From an uncultured Anaerolineales bacterium (GTDB lineage: Bacteria > Chloroflexota > Anaerolineae > B4-G1), in contig CAYYTU010000001.1 in NCBI GenBank assembly GCA_964474655.1, positions 97,009 through 161,008 on the forward strand: DNA of 64,000 nucleotides. Reading direction: 5' to 3'. Position numbers and translations under genes: made by a program. The first letter of the stretch is position 1, and every line of letters starts with the position of its first letter. Below, one piece after another: positions 36,839-47,363 of this stretch. A model generated the notes under the pieces. That model made no database searches and had not been told where the DNA came from. It saw only the letters and a list, made by a program, of their open reading frames with translations.

Positions 36839-38506
36839 ATGAAAGTCGTTACCGTGGATGAGATGCGCCACATTGAGACCCAATCCGATGCGGGCGGACA
36901 TTCGTACGAGGCTATGATGGAACAGGCCGGGCGTGCGGTGGCCGGGGCTATCATTGCGCGTCGAGATGTGAAAGGGCGCCCGGTGCTTGTGCTGGTCGGG
37001 CCGGGTAATAACGGTGGTGATGGGCTGGTGGCAGCCCGTTACCTGACGAAAGCCGGCGCCCGTGTCACGTGCTACTTGCTCCGATCCCGTGATCCGGCCG
37101 AGGACAAGAACTTTCGGCTGGTGCAGGAGGGGGAGATGGACGTTCTGCTGGCCGAAGAGGATGGAGACCGGGATGACCTCCGTTCCCTGGCCCGTAAGGC
37201 CGTCGTGATCATTGATGCGCTCCTGGGCACCGGCACACGCTTGCCGCTACGGGGCACGCTGGCCGAAATCCTCGACGTGGTGGGACAGAACCTCTCCACA
37301 CGTAAGGAGCCCAGACCCACGCGCCTCACCTCGCTCGCTTCGGGCTTCGATTCTGGAGCTTTCGATCGTGCGTTCGTCGTCGGCGTCGATGGGCCGACCG
37401 GTCTCGATTACGAGAGCGGCGAGCTGGACAAGGTCGCCCTCTCAGCCGATCTGACGGTCACTTTCGCTTACCCCAAACGGGGGCACTTCCGTTTCCCCGG
37501 CGCTGGTGCGTTGGGGGAGCTGGTCGTGGCCGACATCGGCACGGACTCAGCGTTGGCCGAGGATATACCGCTGGAGGTGGTCACGCCCGCGTTGGTGCGT
37601 TCCTGGCTGCCGGAGCGCCCGATGAACGCCCACAAGGGCACATTCGGCCGGGCTATGATCGCAGCTGGATCGGTAAATTATACCGGAGCAGCTTACCTGA
37701 GTGGCGCTTCTGCGGCGCGAGCTGGCGTCGGGTTGGTCACGATGGCCTTGCCAGCTGCGATTCACGAGGCGGTTGCGGCGCAACTGCCCGAGGCGACTTA
37801 TCTGTTGCTGCCGAACGAGCTAGGCGTCATCGCCGAAGGAGCAGCGCGCGTCTTGATCGAACGCCTGGACGATTACGACGCTTTATTGGTGGGGCCGGGG
37901 CTGGGGCAAGAACAAGAGACGGTGGGCTTCGTCACAGCCTTGCTGGATGGCGTTGAAGAGCGTCACGCCGTTGGCTTTGGCGGAGCCGGACCGGACCAGG
38001 CCAGGCGCCATACGTTGCCGCCGCTGGTGATCGATGCCGATGGATTGAACATCTTGTCGCGCCTGGCGGAATGGCCCAAACGCTTGCCGTCCGGCACGAT
38101 CCTCACCCCTCATCCGGGAGAGATGGCGCGGTTGATGGCTGCCGAGATTGAATCCGTCCAGGCCGATCGGGTGGCGGTGGCGCGTGAGCAGGCTGCCGCC
38201 TGGGGACACGTGATCGTCCTGAAGGGCGCTTATACCGTCGTGGCAGCTCCCGATGGTCGGGCTGTGATTGAGCCTTTCGCGAATCCCGGTCTGGCGACGG
38301 CCGGTACTGGTGATGTGTTGGCCGGGACGGTAGTCTCTTTGCGGGCGCAGGGGCTGGATGCTTTCGAGGCAGCTGCGGTGGGAGCGTATCTCCACGGTCT
38401 GGCCGGGGAGTGGGCCCGTAAGGAGATGGGGGTGGCTGGGATGGTGGCCGGGGATGTGCTGGCTCGCCTGCCGCGAGCCTGGCAGTGTGTGACGTTGGAT
38501 CACTGA
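36839..38506 (+). CDS. nnr: bifunctional NAD(P)H-hydrate epimerase / ADP-dependent NAD(P)HX dehydratase
   Basis: YjeF_N (GPGNNGGDG) and YjeF_C (GTGDVLAG) domains. Confidence 0.9.
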   Translation: MKVVTVDEMRHIETQSDAGGHSYEAMMEQAGRAVAGAIIARRDVKGRPVLVLVGPGNNGGDGLVAARYLTKAGARVTCYLLRSRDPAEDKNFRLVQEGEMDVLLAEEDGDRDDLRSLARKAVVIIDALLGTGTRLPLRGTLAEILDVVGQNLSTRKEPRPTRLTSLASGFDSGAFDRAFVVGVDGPTGLDYESGELDKVALSADLTVTFAYPKRGHFRFPGAGALGELVVADIGTDSALAEDIPLEVVTPALVRSWLPERPMNAHKGTFGRAMIAAGSVNYTGAAYLSGASAARAGVGLVTMALPAAIHEAVAAQLPEATYLLLPNELGVIAEGAARVLIERLDDYDALLVGPGLGQEQETVGFVTALLDGVEERHAVGFGGAGPDQARRHTLPPLVIDADGLNILSRLAEWPKRLPSGTILTPHPGEMARLMAAEIESVQADRVAVAREQAAAWGHVIVLKGAYTVVAAPDGRAVIEPFANPGLATAGTGDVLAGTVVSLRAQGLDAFEAAAVGAYLHGLAGEWARKEMGVAGMVAGDVLARLPRAWQCVTLDH

Positions 38507-38592
38507 TCCCTGGAGAGAGCCCACCGGTTTGGCGTATTTCCGACGACCGCCTGTGGCATATCGGCGGGCCGAAAATGACCAGGTCGTCAAGC

Positions 38593-38619
38593 AAAAAGCC
38601 CCCTTCGCGAGGGGGCTTT
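38593..38619. terminator. bidirectional intrinsic terminator (AAAAAGCCCCCTtcgcgAGGGGGCTTT)
   Basis: Perfect GC stem flanked by an A-run and a T-run. Lies between convergent nnr (+) and the ytxH-like gene (-). Confidence 0.75.
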
Positions 38620-38675
38620 CATTCGAACGTTGGCGTATGTTGGACCGTTGATATACCTCTTCGGCTCGCCTCAGG

Positions 38676-39035
38676 TTAGGCCGCTTCGGCCTCTGCTGCT
38701 TCTGCCTCTTTGCTGGCCTCCTCGGCGACTTTCTTCGTTTCCTCGACGGCCTTCGTCAGCTGCTTCTGAGCCTCTTCCAGCGTGGTTTTGCTCCTGACCT
38801 GGAGCTCCTCGGCACGGCGTCGAACGTCGGCGGCCACAGCCTCTGCCTTGGCGCGGGCCTCGGTCATTGTCTCTTCCGCCTGGCCCTGAATCTCAAGGCT
38901 CTTCTCTCGAATCTGCTCCCGTGTTTCCTCGCCGGATTGAGGGGCAAAGAGGAGGGCGACCACTGCTCCCATCAACCCCCCCATCAAGAAACCGGAAAAG
39001 AACGCTCCGAATTCGCTTCCACCATTGTTCTTCAT
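38676..39035 (-). CDS. YtxH-like domain protein
   Basis: N-terminal TM/amphipathic GAFFSGFLMGGLMGAVVALLFAPQSG followed by an Ala/Glu-rich coiled region. Confidence 0.7.
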   Translation of the reverse strand: MKNNGGSEFGAFFSGFLMGGLMGAVVALLFAPQSGEETREQIREKSLEIQGQAEETMTEARAKAEAVAADVRRRAEELQVRSKTTLEEAQKQLTKAVEETKKVAEEASKEAEAAEAEAA

Positions 39036-39064
39036 AATTTACCTCCTGTTAAGTGCTTGTTAGA

Positions 39065-39628
39065 TTATTTTTCCCTTGAGCGATTTGATGTTTCGTCGCC
39101 TTTGCTCAAGTTGCCGACTTCCTTTACGATACGCTGCAAGCCAGCGACGTACCCGGACCACTTCATCACGGGAGACGTCACGTTCTGACTGACGAATTGC
39201 GCGGTACCGCGTACAGTGGACATCGTCTCATTAGCCGCTTCTAACATCGGCTTGATCTCTTCACGCAGCAGCACAGTCAGCGACTGAACTTGCAGCATAA
39301 GAACGATCAATAATATGCCAATGACCAGCGTCTCGAACGCGACGAAGATGATGGCTGCATCTCGCAGCAATCCCACGACTACGCTCCCGGCGCTTGGCGC
39401 TGTGCCCGCTTCTGCAGCTTGATAAGCATTGATCGAGAGTAATACCAACAGCACGACCAAGCTTATCATAAGAGCGCCGGCTACCGCTAGCCCGATCGTG
39501 AGCCAGCGTCGTGCTTTCTCTTCTGCAGCCGAAGGTTCGACCTCCGAGGAGGTGGTTGCACGCGCCTCTTGCATTGCAGACGTATCCGGAGCAGATGTTG
39601 TGCTTTCCTGGTGAGTTCGATCTTCCAT
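39065..39628 (-). CDS. hypothetical membrane protein (DUF948-like)
   Basis: Start at MEDRTHQ. The upstream extension of ORF 39065..39853 is Ser/Arg-rich and unlikely to be coding. Two TM helices. Confidence 0.5.
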   Translation of the reverse strand: MEDRTHQESTTSAPDTSAMQEARATTSSEVEPSAAEEKARRWLTIGLAVAGALMISLVVLLVLLSINAYQAAEAGTAPSAGSVVVGLLRDAAIIFVAFETLVIGILLIVLMLQVQSLTVLLREEIKPMLEAANETMSTVRGTAQFVSQNVTSPVMKWSGYVAGLQRIVKEVGNLSKGDETSNRSREK

Positions 39629-39638
39629 AGCAGAACAA

Positions 39639-40712
39639 TTATAGCATAGATTTTTGAATCTTACAAATAGTTCCGCCTCCCAGGACGATCTCGTCCTGGT
39701 AGAGCACCAGGAATTGGCCCGGCGTGATGTCGCGCTGGGTCTCGTCGAAGCGGATGTGTGCTCGCTGGTCCGGGAGCGGGATGACGGTGACGTCCGTCGG
39801 CCGGGCCTGGTAGCGGATTTTTGCTGTGGCGCGAAAGGGCTCGCTGGATACATCGGCGCTGATGGCGTGGAAGTCCTCTACCATACATTCGTCTTGTCCG
39901 AGCTCGTCGGCTGGGCCGACGATGAGGGTGTTATCCTCCGGCTTGATGGCGAGCACATAGAGGGGCTTTGGGGCCGAGATCCCCAATCCTTTGCGCTGCC
40001 CGATCGTGTAGCCGGGTAAGCCCTGGTGTTGGCCCAACAAGCGACCGGATGTATCCCGGATTGGGCCTGGCTCCATCAGATCTGGGGCCTTCTGGGCGAT
40101 GAAGCGTCGATAATCGCCCTCGACCGCAAAGCAGACGTCCTGGCTTTCCTCCTGGTCGGCCACCGGGAGGTCTCGCTCGTGGGCCAGCTGGCGTACTTCT
40201 CGTTTCGTCCGCTTCCCCAGTGGGAAAATGACCTTTGCCAGCTGATCCTGGGTTAATTGATGGAGGAAGTAGGATTGGTCCTTGTTTCGATCCCGCCCGC
40301 GTAGAAGCTGGTAACGACCGGCGATCTGACGCACGCGGGCGTAATGGCCCGTCGCCAGCACATCCATTGCCAGGATCTCGAGCTGGGCCAGCAATAGCTC
40401 GAAGCGCACGAAGCGGTTACAGACCACGCAGGGGTTGGGGGTGCGACCGACGGCATATTCGGCGATGAAGTAGTCGGTCACGCGGGCGCGAAAGATCGCC
40501 TGGGCCTCGATCAGCCGGAATGGGATGCCGAGGCGTTCGGCCACGCTTCGGGCGCGATCGACAGCTGCTGCTGCGGCTCGTTCGTCCCATAGCTGCAGCA
40601 TAACACCGGTGACCGGATGGCCCTGCTTCACCAGGAGTGCGGCTGCGACGGCGCTGTCCACCCCACCGCTGAGAGCGACCAGAACGGGGACGTCGGGAGG
40701 TATCGTGCTCAT
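39639..40712 (-). CDS. mnmA: tRNA-specific 2-thiouridylase MnmA
   Basis: PP-loop SGGVDS, catalytic Cys region (NPCVVCN). ATGA overlap with the iscS stop. Confidence 0.9.
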   Translation of the reverse strand: MSTIPPDVPVLVALSGGVDSAVAAALLVKQGHPVTGVMLQLWDERAAAAAVDRARSVAERLGIPFRLIEAQAIFRARVTDYFIAEYAVGRTPNPCVVCNRFVRFELLLAQLEILAMDVLATGHYARVRQIAGRYQLLRGRDRNKDQSYFLHQLTQDQLAKVIFPLGKRTKREVRQLAHERDLPVADQEESQDVCFAVEGDYRRFIAQKAPDLMEPGPIRDTSGRLLGQHQGLPGYTIGQRKGLGISAPKPLYVLAIKPEDNTLIVGPADELGQDECMVEDFHAISADVSSEPFRATAKIRYQARPTDVTVIPLPDQRAHIRFDETQRDITPGQFLVLYQDEIVLGGGTICKIQKSML

Positions 40713-41869
40713 CCCTCGTTCCGCAGCTGCTGGATGATCCCCGGCAGCACGTCCAGCACCCGTTCGACGTCCTGCTCCTCGTTCCAACGCCCCAGTGTGA
40801 GGCGCAAGCTGCCGACGCCCCACGCTGGGCCCACGCCCAGCGCCCCAAGCACTGGCGAAGGCTCCAGTTCTCCTTCGGCGCAGGCCGCGCCTGAGCTGGC
40901 CGCTATTCCCTCCATATCGAGTCCCAGCACGATCGATTCGCCCTCCACGCCGTGGAAGACGAAGCTGGCGTGATGCGGCAGGCGATGCTGAGGGTGTCCG
41001 GTCAGCCGTCCCTCTGGGATGCGCGCTTGAATCCCTTCGATCAGGCGATCGCGCAGGGTGCGCAAGCGCAGATACTCGTCGCGCCGTTCGGCCTCGGCCA
41101 GCTGAAGCGCGGTCGCCAGCCCCACCGCCCCGGCCACATTGACTGTGCCCGGACGACGTCCCCGTTCGTGCTCCCCGCCGGTGATGACCGGCACGAGCGG
41201 TGTGTCTCGTCGCACGTAGAGCAGCCCGGCGCCCTTGGGGCCGTAGAACTTGTGCGCCGAAAGGGCTAGCGTATCAAGGTTCAATTCGTCTACGTCTAGC
41301 GGAAGTCGGCCGGCTGCCTGCACGGCGTCGGTGTGGAAGAGGATGCCGTGATCGTGGCAGATGCGGCCAATCTGATTCACCGGCTGTACCGTGCCTACCT
41401 CGTTGTTCGCCATCATCACGCTCACCAGGATTGTGTCCGGGCGGATGGCAGATCTTACCTCGTCGGGCTTGACTTGACCGTGCTTGCCCACCGGCACGCG
41501 CGTGACCTCGAAGCCAAACAGATCGTGCAGCTGATCGACGGTGCGCTCCACGGCGGGGTGCTCGATGGGTGAGGTGATGATGTGGTTGCCCCGATTGCTC
41601 TGTCGCGCTGCCCAGGCTATGCCGCGCAGGGCCAGGTTGTCGGATTCGGTGCCGGATCCGGTGAAAACGATCTCAGCGCGGTGGCAGCTTAAGATCTCGG
41701 CGACGGTCTGGCGGGCTTCCTCCAACCCAGCCTTCGCTTCCGTGCCGACGGTATGGGCGGATTCTGTGTTGCCAAATCTCTCGTTCCAGTACGGCGCCAT
41801 CGCCTCTACCACGCGCGGGTCGACCGGCGTAGTGGCGGAGTGATCCAGATAGATGTATCTTTCGTCCAT
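40709..41869 (-). CDS. iscS: cysteine desulfurase (NifS/IscS-type)
   Basis: PLP-lysine SAHKFYGPKG, active-site SSGAAC. Start taken at MDERYIYLDHSATTP. Confidence 0.85.
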   Translation of the reverse strand: MDERYIYLDHSATTPVDPRVVEAMAPYWNERFGNTESAHTVGTEAKAGLEEARQTVAEILSCHRAEIVFTGSGTESDNLALRGIAWAARQSNRGNHIITSPIEHPAVERTVDQLHDLFGFEVTRVPVGKHGQVKPDEVRSAIRPDTILVSVMMANNEVGTVQPVNQIGRICHDHGILFHTDAVQAAGRLPLDVDELNLDTLALSAHKFYGPKGAGLLYVRRDTPLVPVITGGEHERGRRPGTVNVAGAVGLATALQLAEAERRDEYLRLRTLRDRLIEGIQARIPEGRLTGHPQHRLPHHASFVFHGVEGESIVLGLDMEGIAASSGAACAEGELEPSPVLGALGVGPAWGVGSLRLTLGRWNEEQDVERVLDVLPGIIQQLRNEG

Positions 41870-42375
41870 TGGTCGGGCAGTCTCCTGACTGAGTATAAGA
41901 TGCTGGTACTCCATCTTCGGGTTATTCATCTGCTCCCGATGGAGGAGAAGGTGGATTGTCCAGTGTCAATTCGGCTGGTCGTCTCCCTCCGGCGGCGGAA
42001 GCGATTGTATCACGCGACAGCGGCGGCGTCAAATCTTTCTTGAGGTTATGCTTGTGAGCCGTGAGGTGACGTTGCAGTTGAGAAAAATAAGTGGGTTCTC
42101 TGGGATGCTCAGAGCGGGTTTGTAACCTGCGTCGGCTCACCTCAGAATAGTGGGGTAAGTGGTCAACTTGCAGGGGGCGGTAGGTATGGACGCCGAATAC
42201 GTGCCTTACATTCCTCAACTCCACATATGTAGGTCGGGTTTCCATACCCGACGATTTTTCCAACGGAGCTCCAATACCCCCCCACTGATTTGATAAGAGC
42301 CAGAGCCAATAAGTGCTTGCAGGGAGGTTGCGCTGGGGTATAATAACGCTTCCTCTGAAAGTTCTGGGAGATGAT

Positions 42376-43521
42376 ATGCGTCAACTATTTGAGGCTGGGC
42401 TTTTTAAGGGCATGTTGGTAGGCGGGCTGATGGCCCTGGTCGCGTTGGCTATCTGGATCTGGCCTGGCCCGGGGTTACCGGGCGATGCGCCAGCGCCCAC
42501 CGCTACCCCGTCTGCGTTGGTGACGGGTGGTGCTGTTGAGGTGACAATTTCTCCCGACGAGAAATCCGAAGCATCTGAAAGCCCAAGTGCCACCCCAAGC
42601 GCCACGGCGTTGCCCACAATCACGCCGCTATTTAGCCCCCCGCCGAGTGCCGCGCCTACGTCTACCGCGACACCCGTGCCTTCCTCCACCCCGACGCCGG
42701 AGCCCAGTCCCAGTCATACGCCCGGCCCAACCAGCCCGTCGCCTTCTTCTCCCGCGCCCAGCTCGACCAGCGATGATGCGGATTCCAGCCCGATTGAGAC
42801 GATGGAGTGGTCGCTTGCAGGGCGCGTTGAGCAGGGGGCTTACCCCAGCTACGTGACGGATGATATAGAATCGTATCTGATCTATCTGCCACCGGATTAC
42901 GCCCAGGGCGATCGACGTTATCCGGTGCTTTACCTTTTGCACGGCTGGCCTTACGATGAATCCCACTGGAATAGCCTGGGGGTCAGCGAGGTTGCCGACA
43001 GGGCTATCGTGAGCGGGACGTTGTCCTCGCTTATTATTGTGATGCCCGGCGCCAGGGAGAGGATCTACATCCAGACGAGCGGCGGCGACCATTCCTTCGA
43101 AGGACAAGTTGTGAACGATCTTATACCCCATATCGACGCGAGCTATCGCACCCAGGCCGATCGTCAGGGACGGGCCATCGGCGGCATATCACGGGGAGGC
43201 GTCTGGTCGTTGGAGATTGGCTTCCGTAACGCGGAGCTGTTCGGGGCGGTCGGGGCCCATAGCCCGGCCCTCTCGGTCAATAATGCCTTGCCGGCCTATG
43301 ATCCCTTCAACCTGATGTCGGAACCCGGTGTATCCGAGCTGCGCATCTACCTGAGCGTGGGGGATAGAGATTGGGCCTGGAAATCGACCGAGGCGCTGCA
43401 CGAAGCGTTGACTGAACAGGCGATCGCCAGCGACCTGGCTGTGCACGAGGGTAGCCATCGGAGCACGCTCTGGTCCGAGCACCTGGACGAGTATCTGGCG
43501 TTCTACACCGCGACGTGGTGA
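42376..43521 (+). CDS. esterase-family alpha/beta hydrolase with N-terminal TM anchor and Pro/Ser/Thr-rich linker
   Basis: C-terminal domain has putative-esterase features (YLPPDY...PVLYLLHGW, GISRGG nucleophile elbow). Start MRQLF after GGGAG. Confidence 0.7.
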   Translation: MRQLFEAGLFKGMLVGGLMALVALAIWIWPGPGLPGDAPAPTATPSALVTGGAVEVTISPDEKSEASESPSATPSATALPTITPLFSPPPSAAPTSTATPVPSSTPTPEPSPSHTPGPTSPSPSSPAPSSTSDDADSSPIETMEWSLAGRVEQGAYPSYVTDDIESYLIYLPPDYAQGDRRYPVLYLLHGWPYDESHWNSLGVSEVADRAIVSGTLSSLIIVMPGARERIYIQTSGGDHSFEGQVVNDLIPHIDASYRTQADRQGRAIGGISRGGVWSLEIGFRNAELFGAVGAHSPALSVNNALPAYDPFNLMSEPGVSELRIYLSVGDRDWAWKSTEALHEALTEQAIASDLAVHEGSHRSTLWSEHLDEYLAFYTATW

Positions 43522-43614
43522 CGTAGGGCAATTGTGGGATTACTTTTGCTCCAGTGCGATAAATGCAATTACCCTGGTGGTAACGGCGACTCGCTTGACG
43601 GGCGGAAGCGTGAA

Positions 43615-43647
43615 GGCCGGGTTTCGTCACGAACCCCGGCTTTTTGG
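43615..43647 (+). terminator. intrinsic terminator after the esterase gene
   Basis: GGCCGGGTTTCGtcaCGAACCCCGGC followed by TTTTT. Confidence 0.7.
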
Positions 43648-43685
43648 ATGCTTAGCAGAACCCAGTGAGTACCTCAAGAACTTGA

Positions 43686-43835
43686 CTCCTGCACTTTTCA
43701 TATTTTTGAGGAGCAGAGACTTCGGAAGTCTTAAAATGTGGTTTGCGAACCCAATTTGGAAGCAAAGCGGGGGTATTTTGCATCCAAATTCTCGACGATA
43801 GGCTTCCGAAGTCTGGAGTCGCTAGACTGCAGGAG
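43686..43835 (+). repeat. MITE-like ~150-bp intergenic repeat, copy B
   Basis: CTCCTGCAC...CTGCAGGAG terminal inverted repeats. Internal GACTTCGGAAGTC palindrome. About 90% identical to the reverse complement of 11309..11456. Confidence 0.8.
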
Positions 43836-43917
43836 TTAAGTTGGGGCACGGTCGGGAGACCGGCCCGAGCAACGTTCACAAAACTAGTGGTAGTGGATAT
43901 CCTCTCCACTTATGACC

Positions 43918-46356
43918 CTACGGCGCATAAAGCGCCTGGTAGATGGCGAGGTGCTCGCGGATGCGCTCCAGGTAGCTGCGGGTTTCGGTGAAGGAGATTG
44001 TCTCGAAGAAGAGGTCCGGATCGCCGTCTGCCTGCTCCAGCCAGCGCTGCGCGTTGGAGGGCCCGCCGTTGTAGCCCGCCAGCGCCGCGTCGACTCGACC
44101 GTCGAAGCGCTCTACCTGCTTTGCCAGGTAATGCGTTCCGAACCGCACGCTCACGTAGGGGCGGTAGAGATCGGCGGTCTCGTAGCCCGGCGGCCAGCCC
44201 AGATCGGCTGCGATCTCCGCGCCGGTGGCTGGGATCACCTGCATCAACCCTTGTGCGCTGGCGATGGACGTGGCGGTCCCTCCGAAGAGGCTCTCCTGCC
44301 GGATCAGCGCGAAGACGAGCAGCGGGTCGAGGTCGTTACGGCGTGCGTTCTCCACGACGAGCTCCTCGTAGTACGTGGGATACGTCAGCTGAACGAGGAA
44401 GTCCGGCGCGTCGAGTGTGGTCGTGGCCGGCGACATACTCAGCAGACGCGCGGCGCATAAGATCGACGAGCGGTAGAGCCCGGCGTCGCGAGAGGCCAGC
44501 GCCAGCTGATACTGACTCAGGGCGTCGGAGCGCGTGTCCTGGCGGAGATTTTCCATCTCCCACCTGGCTTCCTGGAAACGCTCCAGGCGCCACAGCTCCT
44601 CGCCGCGCTGGAGACGCGCATCGGTGGCCAGTGCGCGGGACGGTTCGCTCAAATCCGCATCGGTTTCCAGCTCCAGCCACTCGGTCAGCCACGCTTCCGC
44701 CTCGGCCTGTCGGTCTTCTTGATGGGGCCGCTGCGAAGGGGTATACGCCGTGCGCGAGAAAATCGGCGCCTCCGGGTCGGCGGCTAGCTCCGTTGCCCGC
44801 AGGCCGTAGTAATCGAGCGGCACGGCGGCGCTGGCCTCCTCGAAGGCGGACTGAGCGGCCTCGTCGTCGTCTTGCTGACGCCGCAGCTTGCCCAACCAGA
44901 GCAAGGCAGCAGGTCGGTGGGAGGAATCGGGGTAGAGCTGGGCCAGGGTGTCCCACGCCACGGCTGCATCGACCAGCGCGTCCGCCCGGTAGAATCGTAA
45001 TCCGCTCCGATAGAGTGCCTGGGGGCCATAATCGCTCTCTGGATAGGCGATCTGAACATCCATATAGGCCTCGCCGGCGGCCTCGGCCTCGTCCGTTTGC
45101 TCCACCAGCCGGGCTGCCTCCCAGAGCGCCCGCGGCGCAAGTGGATGATCGGGAGCGCGGTCGACGAACTCGCGGTAGGTCGCGAGCGCCGCCTCCGTGT
45201 CGTCTTGCCCGCGGTACACCTCGGCCTTCTTCAGCCAGGCATCGCCCCAATAATCGTCGTCGGGATGCGTCTCAATCAGGAGATCGAACTCATTCAGCGC
45301 CAGCTCGGGGCTGCCGGCCTCCATAAACGAGAGCCCTGCGTACCAGTGGGCCTCGCCGGAATGGGTGTCTGGATAGTTATTGATGTGCTGATAGAGTGCC
45401 TGAACAGCTGCGCCGTAAGCTCCGCCGTAATAATTGGTGATACCTCGCACCAAATCATCCATCGCTACTCCGGCCTCGACCAGCTTCTTGAGCGAGCGAT
45501 AAGGATAATAGTCTCCCTGGGAGGGTGGGTCCCGGTAGTACGTTTCGACCACAGTTCGGTGGCGTTCGTAGCCCGCTTCGATCTGGACGGCCTGGAGGAG
45601 CGTCTCGGCAGCTTGATACTCGATGCGGGCGCGGTAGACGGGGATACGGGCCACATTCAGGATGGCGTCATACTGATCCACGGCGGCCTCATAATTCCCC
45701 AGCGCGATCTGGGCCTCGGCGATCTTCTCTCGCGTGCCGACCTCGAACGAGGCGTCCGGCGCCTCGGCGACGGCGCGCGTGTAGGCCTCAATCGCTGCCG
45801 TGTAGGCCTCGCCGGCCAGCAGCGCTTCCCCCTGGGATTGATAGACGTAAGGCGTGATGACCGTGCCAGCCGAGAGATAAGTGCTGTAGCTTTGCGTGGC
45901 CGAGAGCGGTTCACCGGCGCTGACGAGCACGTCGGCCAGCAGAAAGTGGGCATCGGGTGCGGCCTCGTGCTCGGCGTGCGCGGCGAGGAAATCCTGGAAG
46001 GTTTCGATGGCTTCATCGTAGTTGCCCTCGCGCATATAGGCCCGTCCCAGGCCGATCTGCGATCGGGTGGCTTGCGCTTCATCCAGGGCCAGCGGCAGCT
46101 CGAGCAGCTGGTGGTACGTCTGGACGGCGCTTCCGTAATCGCCCACGTGCATCGCTTGAGCCGCTTCGGCGAGGAGCTCGTCGGGATCGGGTGTGGGTGT
46201 GGGTGTGGGTGTGGGGGTAGAGGTGGGGGTAGAGGTGGAGGTTGGGGTGGCACTGGCTAAAATCTGCGGCGCTTCCAGCTCACGGGGGAGCCCGCAGGCC
46301 AGTGCGGCCAGGAGAAGCGCACTCAGGCTCAGAGCAAGCGGTAATAATCGACGCAT
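43918..46356 (-). CDS. TPR-repeat lytic murein transglycosylase (Slt-family), lipoprotein
   Basis: Lipobox LAALACG. (TP)n linker. TPR-like superhelical region. C-terminal SLT domain (ESLFGGTATSIASAQGLMQV). Confidence 0.8.
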   Translation of the reverse strand: MRRLLPLALSLSALLLAALACGLPRELEAPQILASATPTSTSTPTSTPTPTPTPTPDPDELLAEAAQAMHVGDYGSAVQTYHQLLELPLALDEAQATRSQIGLGRAYMREGNYDEAIETFQDFLAAHAEHEAAPDAHFLLADVLVSAGEPLSATQSYSTYLSAGTVITPYVYQSQGEALLAGEAYTAAIEAYTRAVAEAPDASFEVGTREKIAEAQIALGNYEAAVDQYDAILNVARIPVYRARIEYQAAETLLQAVQIEAGYERHRTVVETYYRDPPSQGDYYPYRSLKKLVEAGVAMDDLVRGITNYYGGAYGAAVQALYQHINNYPDTHSGEAHWYAGLSFMEAGSPELALNEFDLLIETHPDDDYWGDAWLKKAEVYRGQDDTEAALATYREFVDRAPDHPLAPRALWEAARLVEQTDEAEAAGEAYMDVQIAYPESDYGPQALYRSGLRFYRADALVDAAVAWDTLAQLYPDSSHRPAALLWLGKLRRQQDDDEAAQSAFEEASAAVPLDYYGLRATELAADPEAPIFSRTAYTPSQRPHQEDRQAEAEAWLTEWLELETDADLSEPSRALATDARLQRGEELWRLERFQEARWEMENLRQDTRSDALSQYQLALASRDAGLYRSSILCAARLLSMSPATTTLDAPDFLVQLTYPTYYEELVVENARRNDLDPLLVFALIRQESLFGGTATSIASAQGLMQVIPATGAEIAADLGWPPGYETADLYRPYVSVRFGTHYLAKQVERFDGRVDAALAGYNGGPSNAQRWLEQADGDPDLFFETISFTETRSYLERIREHLAIYQALYAP
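46187..46216. repeat. (GTGGGT)n hexanucleotide microsatellite encoding the (TP)n linker of the transglycosylase
   Basis: gggtgtgggtgtgggtgtgggtgtggggg inside the CDS. Translates on the minus strand to TPTPTPTP. Confidence 0.7.
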
Positions 46357-46484
46357 AGTGTGCTTATTATCGCCGAGTGGGAGGATTTGTCAATCTGACC
46401 ACTCGGGGGGGCGAAGGAATAGGTTGACAAGCGCTTTGGTTGACGTACAATCGAGACAGGTTATTTGGAGAAGGGATCTATTCT

Positions 46485-47333
46485 ATGACAGATCGTCGAG
46501 TATTGCGAAGTCGTATTGAAAGCGCGGCGGAGGTGGTGGACGAGGCGCGCGTGGTCCATCTGGCGCAGGTTCGCGACTGGGCGGCCGAGTTTGACTGCTC
46601 AGTGCGCGCGGTGGAGCTGGTCGCGCTTGATGTGGGGGTCATCCCAGAGCGTTACTTGCGGAATATCGGCACGATCGGCATGGAAGGGCAGACGCAGTTA
46701 TTGCGGTCGACCGTGGCCGTGGTGGGCCTGGGGGGATTGGGCGGATTCGTCACGGAGGCGCTGGCGCGGATGGGGGTGGGGAATTTGATCTTGATCGACG
46801 GCGACGTCTTTGAGGAGCATAACCTCAACCGCCAGCTGCTGAGCGCCGAGGATCATCTGGGCGCTCACAAAGCAGCGATCGCGGCGCAGCGCGTCGTTGC
46901 CGTCAATGGCGCGGTGGAGCCGGTGGCTCACGCCGTCGAACTCACCCGCGAGAATCTCCCCCATCTGCTGGAGGGCGCCGACGTGGTCGTCGATGCGCTC
47001 GACAGCTTGCCCACGCGCTTGATGTTGCAGGATGGTGCGCAGAAGCTCGGTATCCCGATGGTGCACGGCAGTATCGCGGGCTTCCTGGGCCAAGTGATGA
47101 CCGTCTTCCCCGCTGATCCCGGCCTTCACGCGCTCTACGGCGCGGGCGACGATTTGCCGGCTCAGGGCTTGGAGGCTCAGCTCGGCACGCCGGCGGCGAC
47201 GCCGATGGCGGTGGCGGCCTGGGAGGCCCAGGAGGTAGTCAAGATCTTGACGGATCAAGGCGATCCGCTTCGTCATCGGCTGTTGGTGATGGGGATGGAA
47301 ACGGGCAGCGTTGAGCTGCTGCAATTGAGCTGA
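46485..47333 (+). CDS. ThiF/MoeB/HesA-family E1-like adenylyltransferase
   Basis: VAVVGLGGLGG Rossmann motif. About 45-aa N-terminal extension. No cognate ThiS/MoaD gene visible nearby. Confidence 0.7.
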   Translation: MTDRRVLRSRIESAAEVVDEARVVHLAQVRDWAAEFDCSVRAVELVALDVGVIPERYLRNIGTIGMEGQTQLLRSTVAVVGLGGLGGFVTEALARMGVGNLILIDGDVFEEHNLNRQLLSAEDHLGAHKAAIAAQRVVAVNGAVEPVAHAVELTRENLPHLLEGADVVVDALDSLPTRLMLQDGAQKLGIPMVHGSIAGFLGQVMTVFPADPGLHALYGAGDDLPAQGLEAQLGTPAATPMAVAAWEAQEVVKILTDQGDPLRHRLLVMGMETGSVELLQLS

Positions 47334-47363
47334 TCACGTTATCTACGCAGAAAGGATGTTCCA

